A stretch of 64,000 nt of DNA. Origin: Takakia lepidozioides (taxonomy: Eukaryota > Plantae > Bryophyta). Below are positions 12,483-25,127 of this stretch, in pieces. The notes beneath the pieces are model-generated. The model had not been told where the DNA came from. It worked only from the letters and a program-made list of their open reading frames with translations, and did not search any database. Location: positions 6,758,001 through 6,822,000 of the forward strand of contig CM060733.1 in NCBI GenBank assembly GCA_030704615.1, in the 5' to 3' direction. Position 1 is the first letter of the stretch. Each line of letters opens with the position of its first letter. Both the position numbers and the translations under genes were made by a program.

Positions 12483-12747
12483 AAGATTCTTGATCACACA
12501 CACACACATTGCCCTAAACGCAGGAAATGAGGTAATAAATTTCATAGCTGCAGTTGTACATGATGCAACAGCATGTGATTGCATTTGTATATGAGCACCG
12601 ACGTGGATACACACATCATACTAAATAATTAGTTGCCTACTTGAACTTGGAGCTTCATTTGAGCATCTTCCTGCCTCTGACTGCAAAATCTTGATCCGCA
12701 ACCTCCTCGTAATCAACATATACTGGCGGGGATTCATGCAAAGCGCG

Positions 12748-12915
12748 TCAACAGTTATACCGCACCAAAAAATCCGTCTATGTTCGTGACATTGTAATTG
12801 ACGTCGCATGCTGCTGTATAATCAGTGTTGCCATCAATCTTCTTACAAAAAGCAAAATTATTGAAATAATCCTTATCCGGAGCGTACTCATATCCCACTG
12901 AGGTGCACGACCCTC
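12748..12915 (-). pseudogene. Truncated CVNH lectin paralog (C-terminal half)
   Basis: SCTSVGY...FAFCKKIDGNTDYTAACDVNYNVTNIDGF(fs)LVRYNC* aligns with SCNPAGF...YADCKRNGRGGPVTTAYDVNHNVGTNDGSLVWNYC* of the gene at 16264. Confidence 0.7.
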
Positions 12916-13439
12916 CCCTGGGGCGACAACTCATATATATTATTTTCACTTTTATTATGTCTTATTATGCTTATTTTGATGAACCACTTCATATGATGAC
13001 CTTCCAAGAGCCACAGCTAAAAAATACATTGCAATACAAATCCAATTCCCCTTTCAGTTAAAAAAATACCAGGTGTATCCCTTTAAAAAAATAAAAATAA
13101 AAATCCAGTGGTATAAAACTCATGGTAATCAGAAATCATATCGTATAAGAACCGAGCAATAATAAACATATAATAAGGCTTTTTATTATGCAAGGGTCTC
13201 CGTTCAGAACCCCTCTTTTTTTTTTCTGGTTATTTAATAATAATTATAAATCATGTAATATATTATAAATTATAAGAAATTATTATTAGAAGTAAGGTTA
13301 TTTTTGGGTTAATAGACCGTTGCTAGTTAGGTTTAGTTTTTCAACAACAAACTGCTCTCTGCTTAGCAAGCCGCCCGTCTTTATTAATTAGTATAAAGCA
13401 GAGGTCCAACCCCAATGTAGATAGCCATATTATAAGGTA

Positions 13440-16170
13440 TTACTAAGGTAGCATGTGTCGTTGGCCCAAGTGTCCACTGTCATCTAAGCCCAAGTATAAG
13501 ATCTTCTATGTATCCCAGTGCGTCTCCTACGTCAAGGCCCAAGTGCGACCTCTAGTGTAGCTTATGTTGTTGGCCAGTGTGTGAAGAATTGAAATCTAAG
13601 ACCAAGTGTAATTTCCTATGTAACGTCCCAAATGCTCCTATGTCGAGGTCCATCTAAGCCCAAGTGCAATCTTTTATTCATGTATCCAAGTGCATCTCCC
13701 ATGTATAGCCCCAATTGTCCATTGTCATCTAAGCCTAAGTGCAGTATCCTATGTATCCAAGTACGTCTCCCATGTCAAGGCCCGATTTATTTTTTTCCAT
13801 GAATATATTGAGTAGTAATATATCCAATCATTATTGATATATCTAGGGTAGCCTGTGCCGTTGGCCCAAGTGTCCAATGTCATCTAAGTCATCTAAGTCT
13901 AATCAAATTTTTTCCACAGAGCCTACGACCAGATTTGAACCGGAGACCTTTCCCTTGATATATCTCTTGTCGAGGCTCCAACCATTGTCTATGAATGCCC
14001 ACTTTGCTATTTTTCCCGGATTTCCAGCGACCCAAAGTACTTGAAATTCCACATCTCCCACCCCGCACGTCCAAAAATCATGAGACCAAGCTGGTGCACT
14101 CCTCCTCACCGAGGGCTTTCCAACGATACCAAGCACCAGGGTTGGGCCCCGCGATTTGGGACATCTCAACGTGACAAAACAAAACAAACGTCTCACTTCA
14201 TATATTGACTAGGGTCAAAACAAAACAAACGTCTCACTTCATATATTGACTAGGGTAGCCTGTGCCGTTGGCCCAAGTCTCCAGTGTCATCATCTAAGTC
14301 CAAGTGCAATGCCCTATGTATCCACGTTTGTCTCCTATGTCGAGGCCCAAATGCGACCTCTAGAGTAGCATGTGCCGTTGGCCCAACTGTCCAGTGTCAT
14401 CATCTAAGTCCAAGTGCAATCCCCTACGTATCCAAGTGCGTCTCCTATGTCGAGGCCCAAATGCAACCTCTAGGGTAGCATGTGCCATTGGCCCAAGTGT
14501 CCAGTGTTATCTTAGCCCAAGTGTAAGATCTTCTATGTATCCCACTGCGTCTCTTATGTCGAGGCCCAAGTGCGACCTCTAGTGTAGCTGCCGTTGGCCC
14601 ATGTGTGACGAATTGAAATCCAAGACCAAGTGCGATTTACTATGTATCCAAGTGCGTCTCCTATGTCGAGGCCTATCTAAGCCCAAGTGCAATCTTCTAC
14701 CATGTGCATCTCCCATGTAGAGGCCCAAGTGTCTAGTGGATCATCTTAATGCAAGTGCAATCTCCTAAGTATCCAAGTACGTCTCCCATGTCTAGGGTGG
14801 CCTGTGCCGTTGGCCCAAGTGTCCAATATCATCTAAGTCCAAGTGCATCAATATATGAAGCAAGCCATATCTAATCAATTTTTTTTCCACAGAGCCTACG
14901 ACCAGATTTGAACCCGAGACCTTTGCCTTGATATCTCTCCCGCCGAGGCTCCAACCATTGTCCCAGGAACGCCCACTTTGCTTTTTTGCTATTTTTTGTG
15001 AATTTCCTGCGACCAAAAGTACTTGGAATTCCACATCTCCCACACCGCACGTCCAAAAATCATGAGACCAAGCCGGTGCACCCCTCCTCCTCGAGGGCTT
15101 TCCAATGACACCAAGCACCCGTGCTGGGCCCTGCGGTTTGGGAGATCTCAACGACGCTACAAACAAAACAAACAAAACAAAACAAACGTCTCGCTTCATA
15201 TATTGACTAGGGTAGCCTGTGCCGTTGGCCCAAGTGTCCAATGTCACTCTAAGTCCAAGTGCAATCCCCTATGTATTCAAGTAGCGTCTCCTATGTCAAG
15301 GCCCATGTGTGAAGAATTGAAATCTGAGCCCAAGTGCCATTTCTTATGTATCCAAGTGGGTCTCCTATGTCAAGGCCCAAGTGCGACCTCTAGTGTAGCC
15401 TATGCCGTTGGCCCAAGTGTCCAGTGTCATCTATGTCCAAGTGCAATCCCCTATGTATCAAAGTGCGTATCCTATGTCGAGGCCCAAATGCAACCTCTAG
15501 GGTAGCCTGTGCCGTTGGCCCAAGTCTCCAGTGTCATCTAGGAGATCTAGGCCTAGGGTAGCCTGCGCCACTGGCCCATGGGTTCGGAATGAAATCTAAG
15601 TCCAAGTGCAATCCCCTATGTATCTAGAGACCCTCCTATTTGGGAGATCTAGGCCTAGGGTAGCCTGCGCCATTGGCCCATGGGTTCAGAATGAAATCTA
15701 AGTCCAAGTGCAATCCCCTATGTATTCAAGTAGCATCTCCTAGGTCAAGGCCCATGTTTGAAGAATTGAAATCTAAGCCCAAGTGCAATTTCTTATCTAT
15801 CCAAAGTGGGTCTCCTATGTCGAGGCCCAAGTGCAATCCTTTATTCAAGTATCCAAGTGCATCTCCCATGTACAGGCCCAAGTGTCCAATGTCATCTAAG
15901 TCCAAATGCAATCCCATATCTGATTTTTTTTTTTTTCCCTCAGAGAGCCTACAACCAGATTTGAACCGGAGACCTTTCCCTTGATATCTCTCCCGTCGAG
16001 GCTCCAACCATTGTCCCAGGAATGCCCACTTTGCCATTTTTGCTATTTTTTGTGAATTTGCTTTCCAACGGTACCAAGCACTGGCGCTGGGCCTTGCGGT
16101 TCGGGACATCTTAACGCTACAAAACAAAACAAAACAAAATAAACAAACAAATGTCTCGCTTCATATATTG
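13440..16170. repeat. Compound tandem repeat: dense GG/GTCCCAAGTG-type short repeats plus a ~300-bp module repeated three times (~1-kb period)
   Basis: Module copies lie at ~13895-14210, ~14868-15210 and ~15920-16170 (the last internally deleted), each containing GAGGCTCCAACCATTGTC. Confidence 0.85.
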
Positions 16171-16263
16171 ATATGGTTATGATAAACCATAATTCAGCTT
16201 GGGATCTAGTTACTATGCCGGTGCCCCTGCTGATTTATAAGGGAGTTGCCGCCTCAGGTCCCG

Positions 16264-17336
16264 TCAACAGTAATTCCACACCAAACTCCCGTCATTGGTC
16301 CCGACATTATGATTTACATCGTATGCTGTCGTAACCGGTCCCCCCCTGCCATTCCTCTTGCAATCAGCATAAATATAGAAAGAATTTTGACCCCCTTGAA
16401 ATCCCGCTGGGTTGCACGAGTCTATATAGCCGGATCCCTGCTTCAAGAAACCGTTGTAGTTGCCTAAATAATTGTTGAGATCTAAGGTCGAGTATAACAA
16501 GTCCCCATTGTCACGTGGGCAAACGGCTGCGAGGGTGGATCCGGCAACCATTGCAGATGAGCACCTTGAAATAAAACCACCACACTGTTTTGAACAATCA
16601 TGCCACAACATACACACACATCCATGAATTAATCATTTGTATCTTCGTCCGTTGGAAATTGGAACAGTAAATGCATAATCCAAATTACGATACATGTCCA
16701 TGGCATATTGTCATTCCAACAGCACACTTCATCCAAATCCATGAGTTGTAGGCAAGTACGAGTTCGAAAAATTTGAACAAAAAATGAAATTTGGTTAAAA
16801 AATAAAATGCAGCTGTAGGCATCTACTAGTGTTGCAGGGATATTTGATAGTTTTTATAACAGCCGGTTACAGATGTCTGACTTTAACCTGATACCTACAA
16901 ATCCGTAATATTATCTTTGACACTCAACTCCAAAAGCCCCACAACAATGGACAGGGTGATTATCGAGAATCCACTACAAGACATGAAGATGACTGTAAAA
17001 TCTTGCCATGGAAGCACCGTACTAAAATTCACCAACAAAAAGTATTTTGATCAGCAGGTAGCTGCAGAAGACTGAAAGATGAGGACCACTGGACAATCAC
17101 GGGTTCGTAGAGCAGATTAAAACTCCAAAACGTACGATAAGCAATAATAACGGTTCATAGTTCAATAAATAACAGTGGTATTAGTCAATTGAGATCAACA
17201 ACACAAAACACATGAGGGATGATGTAACAATTTCCAACTATTGGAGATGCTTACTCACTTGTGCTTGAGCTCCGTTGAGCATTGCCGACATACAGAGCAA
17301 AGCTAGAGCCCCCATCTCTTGCCATGAATTAGCCAT
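16264..17336 (-). CDS. Secreted cyanovirin-N homolog (CVNH) lectin, 2 exons (17336-17259; 16584-16264), 132 aa
   Basis: Exon 1 MANSWQEMGALALLCMSAMLNGAQAQ is signal-peptide-like and ends at donor GTGAGT. The phase-0 acceptor AAACAG precedes CGGFISRC...LAAVC...STLDLNNYLGNYNGFL...GYIDSC...YADC...YDVNHNVGTNDGSL, the two-repeat CVNH pattern. Confidence 0.85.
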
Positions 17337-17344
17337 GATATTAG

Positions 17345-17525
17345 CCACTATTTTTCATTGTTTAGCACATGTCGGTAGGGCAATGTCGACTTGGCATTTT
17401 CTTAAGCACATGTCGGTAGGGCAATGTTGACTTGACATTTTTTTTAGCACATTTCGGTACGGCAATGTCGACTTGGCATTGACAACCTCGACAAATTAGT
17501 GCTAATTGAAAAGAATGGGCCGACT
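17345..17525. repeat. Dispersed repeat (TTTAGCACATGTCGGTAGGGCAATGTCGACTTGGCA x3), second copy at ~39370-39510
   Basis: Near-identical blocks at both sites, including the trailing ATTGACAACC...TTAGTGCTAATT...AAGAATGGGCC. Confidence 0.8.
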
Positions 17526-17799
17526 GACGTGCTTACGAGGCCTGAGTAAGCTTGTTTGGTGGTGTATGAGAAGGAGGGGGTTCGTTTAAAAGACCATGTC
17601 CACTCGTTGGGGTCGAAATGGAGATCAATGGTCCAACGACGCAATGGTGTGAGCGTACGCTCACGCCACGTCGGCGTGAGCACATATCCCCCCATGTCAC
17701 CTTGGGCCCACATAGCAAGTTACATAAGAAATGATGCATGTACCCGAGGGGCCTATAACCGCAGACACCCTCCACACACATTCCAATATCTACCACATC

Positions 17800-17938
17800 T
17801 AAGCTGGACCCGGGTTTTAAATTGAACCCGGTTCAGGGTCCGAATTTTTGGTGATGGCACGGGTCTAGATCCGGATAGGTAACCCGGACCCTAATCCGCC
17901 GGGTACCCGGGGTCAAAACTTGGACCCGCACAACACTA
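17800..17938. mobile_element. hAT-type MITE end with ACCCG subterminal motifs
   Basis: Many ACCCG/CGGGT motifs ending in CACAACACTA (TAGTGTTGTG on minus, hAT-like TIR). Confidence 0.5.
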
Positions 17939-18149
17939 TCATTGATGTTGTCGATGATCATCAAGAAAGTATCATCTAGAAGTTTATGGAAGTATTCTGG
18001 GTTGAATGCACCTCAAATTTGTGCTAACACTGGTAGGGCATGTCATGCCTGAAATAAGATTGATTGCAAATCAAGATTGATGTCATTCAAGAAAGTGTTG
18101 CAATTAACTACCCAACAATCCAAATGCCAAACGTATTTATATATATATA

Positions 18150-18906
18150 TTTTAAAAACAAAAACACCAGAAGTGAAAATCGGCGCCGATCATCACATCT
18201 ACCCAAATGCCAAATGCAAAAAAGAAAAAAATGGAAAAAGAAAAACCAGAAGTGATCGTCACATCCAAAATAAAAAACACCAAAAGTGATCCTGGTATAG
18301 GCTGTGACTTGTTACCCTGGTCGATCATCACATTTACCCAAATGCCAAATGCCAAATGTCGAAAAAAAAAAAACCAGAAGTGATGTTCGGCGCCGATCAT
18401 CACATCTACCCAAATGCCAAAAAAAAAAAAAAACCCAGAAGTGATCATCACATCCAAAATAAAAAACACCAGAAGTGATGATCGGCGCCAATCATCACAT
18501 CTACCCAAATGCCAGATGCAAATAAAAAAAAACAAAAAAATAAAAAAAAACACCAGAAGGGATCGTCACATCCAAAATAAAAAAAACACCAGAAGTGACG
18601 ATCGGCGCCGATCATCACATCTACCCAAATGCCAAATGAAAATAAAATAAAATAAAAAATAAAATAAAAATAAAAATCAGAAGTGATCATCACATCCAAA
18701 AAAAATCACCAGAAGTGATGATCGGCGCCGACCATCACATCCACCCAAATGCCAAATGCAAATGCGCAAAAAGAAAAACAAAAAAAAAAAAATATTGATC
18801 GTCACATACCCACAAATGAAGAAAAAGAAAAAGAAGAAGGGAATGAAAAAAAACCCAGAAATCAGAGAAAAAATGATGATCGTCGATGATTATCACTCCA
18901 TCTACC
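18150..18906. repeat. Tandem array with 24-bp palindromic consensus GTGATGATCGGCGCCGATCATCAC plus A-tracts; continues at 28280 after the LTR insertion
   Basis: Copies at ~18380, 18475, 18595 and 18715 each have one mismatch. The motif ATCTACCCAAATG is split by the insertion. Confidence 0.85.
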
Positions 18907-19993
18907 TGTCACAGATATAGCCCAGAAGAACTCACCATGAGTAAATACCAGAAGTTACATCATGATCTACCATGATTTACCATTACTTACCAAGTTACCG
19001 GGAGTTTATCAAATTACCAAGAGTAATTTGGGAAACTACTCATGAAGCTTCTTTTGGAGGAAACTTCTCCATCAAGATACCTCTTTTGTTTAAAGAAGCT
19101 TCTCCATCAAGAAACCTTTGTTTAATCTTGGAAACTTCTCCAGCAAGAAACCTCCATAGGGGAAGCTTCTTGGGGAAGCTTCTTAGTAGCCAGTATATAT
19201 AGGAGGCGAGACTGGACACTCTTCAGTCTCGCCAAACTGTCAAGGACGAGAATATGACTAAACACAAACAAGAGATAAGACTAGAGGTACAAGGCTAGAC
19301 AAGAAGTCAAGGTCGGCGTGGCCGAATGCACGATGAGCAAATAGGAATCAAGACGATCTTTATAACAATGAACAAGAGTACAAGATATTGGAACACGACT
19401 TGAATACTGGATTGCTGGAAACTGGACTGGTACAAGGCTAGACAAGAAGTCAAGGTCGGCGTGGCCGAATGCACGATGAGTAAATATGAATCAAGACGAT
19501 CTTTATAACAATGAACAAGAGTACAAGATATTGGAACACGACTTGAATACTGGAATGCTGGAAACTGGACTGGAGTACCAGATACTGGAAACTGGGCTAG
19601 GGTACTGGGAACTGGAAACAAGAGTAGCTTGAACTGGTGTTGGCGAGACTGAAGAGTGTCCAGTCTCGCCTCCTATATATACTGGCTACTAAGAAGCTTC
19701 CCCAAGAAGCTCCTATGGAGGTTTCTTGCTGGAGAAGTTTCCTCCAAATGAAGCTTCCTGAGTAGTTTCCCAAGTTACTCTTGGTAATTTGGTAAACTCC
19801 CGGTAACTTGGTAAGTAATAATAAATCATGGTAGATCATGATAAATCACGATAAGTCGTGATAACTTTTGGTAACATGGTAACTTGGTAACTTCTGGTAT
19901 TTACTCCTGGTAAGCTCTTTTGGGCTATGTCCGTGACATCGCCCCCTCCTCTAGCGCCGAGTTCCTCGAGGAGCGGTAAAATCTTGGACTTGC

Positions 19994-20395
19994 TTAGAGT
20001 TGGAGAAAATCCAAAATCCGACGAATGGTACTTGCCAAGTATTCGGCTTTTCGTTCTTGACTCATATGATTTATAGGTCCATGCAACCATCGATAATGTC
20101 CAACACCTTGAACTTGGGACCACGCAGTGATTTGAGCATTCTGATTTTCGAAGTTGCCTTCAGACATGATTTTGTTGCCCTCTGGGTCTGAAGCCTCAAC
20201 CTCCAACAGAATTATCAGACTTCGAGTAGGCTCCACTTGTCGTCGTACGGGGTTCAGACGAGGAAGTACGCGTCGCATTGGTGGCCCATCGTCTCGAGAG
20301 CGTCGGCGTGATGTTGAAGGTCGTGAGAGTCGGGACGGCTGATCTGGTAGCTGGGTAAGCGACAACTCCAATGTATCTGGTTCCTGCGACTCCAT
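19994..20395 (-). CDS. Extra ~133-aa ORF in the 3' region of the chromovirus (copy 1)
   Basis: The ORF is open in both copies (MESQEPDTL...ILDFLQL), with a TATA-like element ~45 bp upstream of the ATG. Confidence 0.5.
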   Translation of the reverse strand: MESQEPDTLELSLTQLPDQPSRLSRPSTSRRRSRDDGPPMRRVLPRLNPVRRQVEPTRSLIILLEVEASDPEGNKIMSEGNFENQNAQITAWSQVQGVGHYRWLHGPINHMSQERKAEYLASTIRRILDFLQL

Positions 20396-20541
20396 ACTGC
20401 CAATACAAGATGCAAGAGTGTTGGGAGTGTAGCTATATATACTGATGTGTGGTGCTCCTCCCTCCTTAGCGTGTATCAGGTACATTGAATTCGGAGTCTT
20501 CACCTTGAAGCTAACTTGGTTGACATCATCGTTGTGACGTC

Positions 20542-23500
20542 TTATTGACGTGTAGCTCGGAGCTTAGCTGGATATCGTTGATGAAACTCTTGGACTTTGT
20601 CAGATGCATTGGCGAGGTTGGATGAAGGTTCCCACGTTCGTTCGCTGATGTCGTAGCCTTTCCAATGTATGAAATACTCAAGACGTTTATACTTGATGCG
20701 AGAGTCTAGGACTTCGTCGACTTCATACTCAATTTTCTGATTGACTTCGATTCGTGGAGATGGTATGGAAACTCTCCCTGGAATATTCGATGGATGATAC
20801 AACTCCAATAATGAAACATGAAAGACTGGATGGATGCGCATACTTCGTGGGAGTTCAAGCCGAAAACTGACCGGATTTATTTGTCGAATAATTTTGAATG
20901 GGCCCAGGCGTTGATAATCCAACTTCCTTGATGGTCGCGAGGTTTGTATGTCCCGTCGAAGAAGCCACACACGATCTCCGACCTTGAACTGGGGTTGGAG
21001 TTGACGACGTTGATATGCATACTCCTTGTATTGTTTTTGAGCTTTTGCGAGGTGAAATGTAAGCTCATTGTAAATCGTAGCAAGATGAGTAGTAAGGTTT
21101 TCTGCAGCAGGGCTTCCAACAGTCTTCATGTGGAAAGGGTTGGCTCGAGGATGATGACCATAATTGGAGAAAAATGGAGTTTGCTGGGTCGAAGAATGTA
21201 TAGTGTTGTTGTAGGCAAACTCAGCCAATGACAGAAGGTCCGTCCAATTATCTTGGTGATAATTTATCGTACAGCGAAGATACTGCTCCAAAATCTGGTT
21301 TACACGTTTGGTTTGACCATCAGTCTGTGGATGATTAGCTGTAGAAAGGTTGATCTTAGTATCTAATATGTGAAATAATCCCTTCCAGAAATTTGATATG
21401 AACTGTGGTCCTCGATCAGATACGATGTCCTTCGGGAGTCCATGAATGCGGTAGATATTATTGAGGAAGAGTCTTGCAGTTTCCTCGCCGGTAATTGTCT
21501 TATTACATGAAATGAAATGTGTCATCTTCGTAAAACGATCTACAATAACAAAGATTGAATCAGTGATCTTGGAGATTGGAAGGTCCGTAATAAAGTCCAT
21601 AGACACGGACGACCATGGACCCTTGGGAATGGGTAATGGTTGAAGAAGGCCGTAAGGTCGATGTCGTGGTCCTTTCGCTCTAGCACACGTGTCGCAAGAT
21701 TTTATAAATTCTTTCACGAGTTTCCACATCTGCGGCCACCAATAGTCCCTGGATATCAATTCCATTGTTTTGTTGAAGCCGAAATGTCCTGCAACCGGAA
21801 GATCATGACATGTTTGAAGAATTCGAAGTCGTGTAGATCCTGGAGGTACATAGAGAAGTCCCTTGAAATAAAGTAAGTCATCTTTGAACTCGAAGTCGTT
21901 TGTAAGATGTGGGTTGTCTCGAGGTCGATTTAGTTGACTTCGTAGTGTCACAGCGAATTGGTCACTCTTCAGTGCTTCCTGAATCTCCATTATGGTCTCG
22001 ACATCGTCATATGTGGACATGGATAACATATTCAATTGGAGATTTGCTGGTTTCAAGATGATGGATTTCTGTTGGTCAAAAGCCGCATCCCCTTCTTTTG
22101 ACGCAAGATACGATCGTCGAGAAAGAGCATCTGGTTTTCCTTGAAGATGTCCGGGACGGTGGGTAATAACAAAATCAAACCTTGCTAGTGACATACTCCA
22201 TCTCGCTTGACGTCGATTCAAAACACGAGCACTCATAAAATATTCGAGGTTTTTGTGATCGGTATAGACAGTGACCTGATGTTTAGCTCCCTCCAATAGA
22301 TGACGCCACTCCTCAAAAGCTTTGATAATCGCTAGAAGTTCTTTGTCATGGATTTCATAATTGATCTCCGCAGCGGAAAATTTGCGAGAACGAAAACCAA
22401 CAGGGTGGAGTCGACCATCTGTACCGTATTGTGAGAGTACCACGCCAAGTACAAAATCCAATGCATCTGTTTCTAAGAAGAATGGTTTAGATGGGTCTGC
22501 ATGTGCTAGTATTGGAGCCGTTGTAAATGCCTGCTTCAGCCTTTCAAATGTCTGGTCAACCTTCTCGTCCCATACAAATTTGTCCTTCCCTGTGAGTCGT
22601 GTCAATGGTGCAGCAATTTTGGAGTAGTCATTGATGAAGATTCTATAGAAATTTGCAAAACCCAGAAAACATTGTACATCTCGGACCGAAATTGGTTTAA
22701 TCCACTCGATGATGGTTTGTATTTTCTTCTGATCCATAAAGACGCCTTTGTTGGAAATAATGTAACCCAGAAATTCAACCTCAAATTGATGGAAAATACA
22801 TTTCTCCAACTTGACATGTAGTCATCTTTCTCTTAATTTATCAAGGACAAGGCGTACATGGCGGCCATGTTCTTCTTCATTCCGTGAAAATATCAAAATG
22901 TCGTTCAAATAGATGACTACAAAGTCATCTAAAAATTCTCGAAAGATGTCATTCATCATATGTTGGAAAATTGCTGGAGCATTTGTAAGACCGAAAGGCA
23001 TAACACTGTATTCAAAATGTCCATACCTTGTTCGAAAAGTTGTTTTCCATTCGTCTCCTTCTTTTATCCGTATAAGGTTATAAGTTCCTCTTAAGTCGAT
23101 TTTGGTGAAAATCTTCGCTCGTCCCAGCTGGTCGAGAAGCCCAAAAATCAGCGGCAACGGATAACGATTCTTGATTGTGACTTTGTTGAGACCGTGATAG
23201 TCGACACACATGCGTAATGATTCGTCCTTCTTTTTCACAAACAAGATAGGTGCCCCCGCGGGTGATTTGGAATGTCGGATGAAGTGCTTTGACAAATTTT
23301 CATCAATGTATTCGCGTAATGCAGCCAACTCCGTCTGGGATAAGTTATAGATTGGGCCGAATGGTGGTTGGGCTCCTTCTTGTAACTCAATTGCACAGTC
23401 ATAAGGTCGATGTTCTAGCAATATGTCTGCATTTTTCTTCTCGAAGACATCTTTGAAATCTTGATATTGAGCGGGTAATGTTGAAGTACTTTTGTATGTT

Positions 23501-24057
23501 GTGGTCTTGATCGGAGTCGCATAAAGTGCAAATGTCGCCTCTTTTTTTGTAGCTCTCATGAAGGCTCTAGCTCCAAGAAACAGGGGTTGAATACCTTTGA
23601 TATTTTTGCATTTTTGTCTTGCCGAAATTTTTCGTGATTGCCAGTCGATGTCAGGATTATGAAGTACAAACCAGGGAAGTCCAAAGATTACAAGATTCGT
23701 TGGAGACTGGATGACATTGAAAACAATCTGTGATGCTTGATTTTTAAGCTTCACTTCAAGGGATCGAATTTCATGGTCAACATTTCCTGATGCTAACGGT
23801 TGTCCATCGATAACTTCAACAGGGGCCGAGAATTTCTTTCTTACGAGCGTTAAATTGTGTTGCTTCGTAAAATCTTTGTTAATAAAACACGCTGAAGCGT
23901 CCGAGTCCAAAAGTGCTTCTACAGAGATATCTCGATTTTGCATCCTGATATTTACTGGAACTGTGAAACAAGATACAAGATTTGGAGGTAGAAAGAGACA
24001 TTTTTTGGTGAGGAATTTGGGGTGTTCAGCCGCATGGTCCCTACTGTGACTGGACAT
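20542..24057 (-). pseudogene. Gypsy pol (protease, RT, RNase H, integrase, chromodomain); in-frame stop at 22822
   Basis: [10 protein letters not shown] (protease), YLNDILIFS (RT, YxDD degenerate), ETDA...DKELLAI (RNase H), HHCC zinc finger, SMDFITDLP, SDRGPQF, GPF and C-terminal YEVDEVLDSR...WKGY...TWEP chromodomain. Confidence 0.95.
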
Positions 24058-25088
24058 CTTCGTTTTCCGACCTCCTCGTATCGAACACTTGAGTGGTGCC
24101 CCGAGCTTTGAATCTTCCTCTTGTTGGGGCAGTTTAATGCCATGTGATCATTTTCTCCGCAATAAAGGCATAATCCATTCGAGCGCCGTCTTTGATTTTT
24201 ATGTGGCGTCAATGGCTTGAATCGGACAGCATTAATCTGCATAGGATCATTACCGGATGTCTGATGGATCGTTGTATTTGGTGCCGTAGTAGCAGCGACA
24301 TGGTGCGTCGTCGACCATCCAGATCGCTTCTCTTGACGTCTTTCGAACAAACGATTATCGCATGCAATGACTTGGGTGATGAATTTGCTCAGTGTACTCA
24401 CGTTTGGCATTGTTAGCAACAAATCTTTAATATCATCTTTTAGGCCACATCGAAACTGGCTAATGAGACTCTTCTCATTCCAGTCAAGGTCGCACGCAAG
24501 TTGGCAAAATTCGGTAGCATAAACGGAAGCTGGACGTGCTCCTTGTCGAAGATTTCGCATCTTTGTCTCTGCAACTCTCTCTCTATCATTCTCTCCAAAT
24601 GTTGCAGTGAACTCGGACATGAACGCTTCAAAATTGTATAGTAAATGCAAATTTTTCTCTAATAGCGGTGCAAACCAAGATAGGGCAGTGCCTGATAGAA
24701 GGGTGCCCACGAATCCCACTTGAATACCTTCATCAGAGTAGCGTTGTGGATGTAGTCGTAGGAACAATCGTACTTGTTGAACAAAACCGTGAAATCTTGA
24801 TCTCGTCCCATCAAATTTCTCGGGCATGCTGACCTTTGGTTCCCTTGTAATCTGTTGAAGATTTGGAGGAACCGTTGCAGTAAGATTTGTTGTAGTAGGG
24901 ACTCGTAAGGTTGAAGATCCATTGTTCGACTCCTTCAACTCTGAAATTTGTTGTTGCAAATTGTTGAAAGCATTGCCAAGGTCTTGAGACTGATCAGCTT
25001 GTAGTTGGGCAGTAGAGGCACGAAGTTCTTGCATCTGGAGCTGAAGACTCTTCAATGTGACGACCATTTCCGCAAATGTGTCTTCCAT
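23952..25088 (-). CDS. Gypsy gag (PEG10/RTL-like) with CCHC knuckle; probable -1 frameshift site GGAAAAC near 24062-24068
   Basis: [11 protein letters not shown]...[10 protein letters not shown]...LRQG...DPMQI...[14 protein letters not shown]. Confidence 0.9.
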   Translation of the reverse strand: MEDTFAEMVVTLKSLQLQMQELRASTAQLQADQSQDLGNAFNNLQQQISELKESNNGSSTLRVPTTTNLTATVPPNLQQITREPKVSMPEKFDGTRSRFHGFVQQVRLFLRLHPQRYSDEGIQVGFVGTLLSGTALSWFAPLLEKNLHLLYNFEAFMSEFTATFGENDRERVAETKMRNLRQGARPASVYATEFCQLACDLDWNEKSLISQFRCGLKDDIKDLLLTMPNVSTLSKFITQVIACDNRLFERRQEKRSGWSTTHHVAATTAPNTTIHQTSGNDPMQINAVRFKPLTPHKNQRRRSNGLCLYCGENDHMALNCPNKRKIQSSGHHSSVRYEEVGKRRCPVTVGTMRLNTPNSSPKNVSFYLQILYLVSQFQ

Positions 25089-25127
25089 CTTAACTAACTA
25101 AGGAACAAACTTTAGTCTCGCCAAACT

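Noticed and set aside
19238-25126. Simple nested insertion of one LTR element into another
   Set aside because: The inverted segment has only one LTR, no TSD of its own, and both breakpoints coincide with the primer/PBS sequence.
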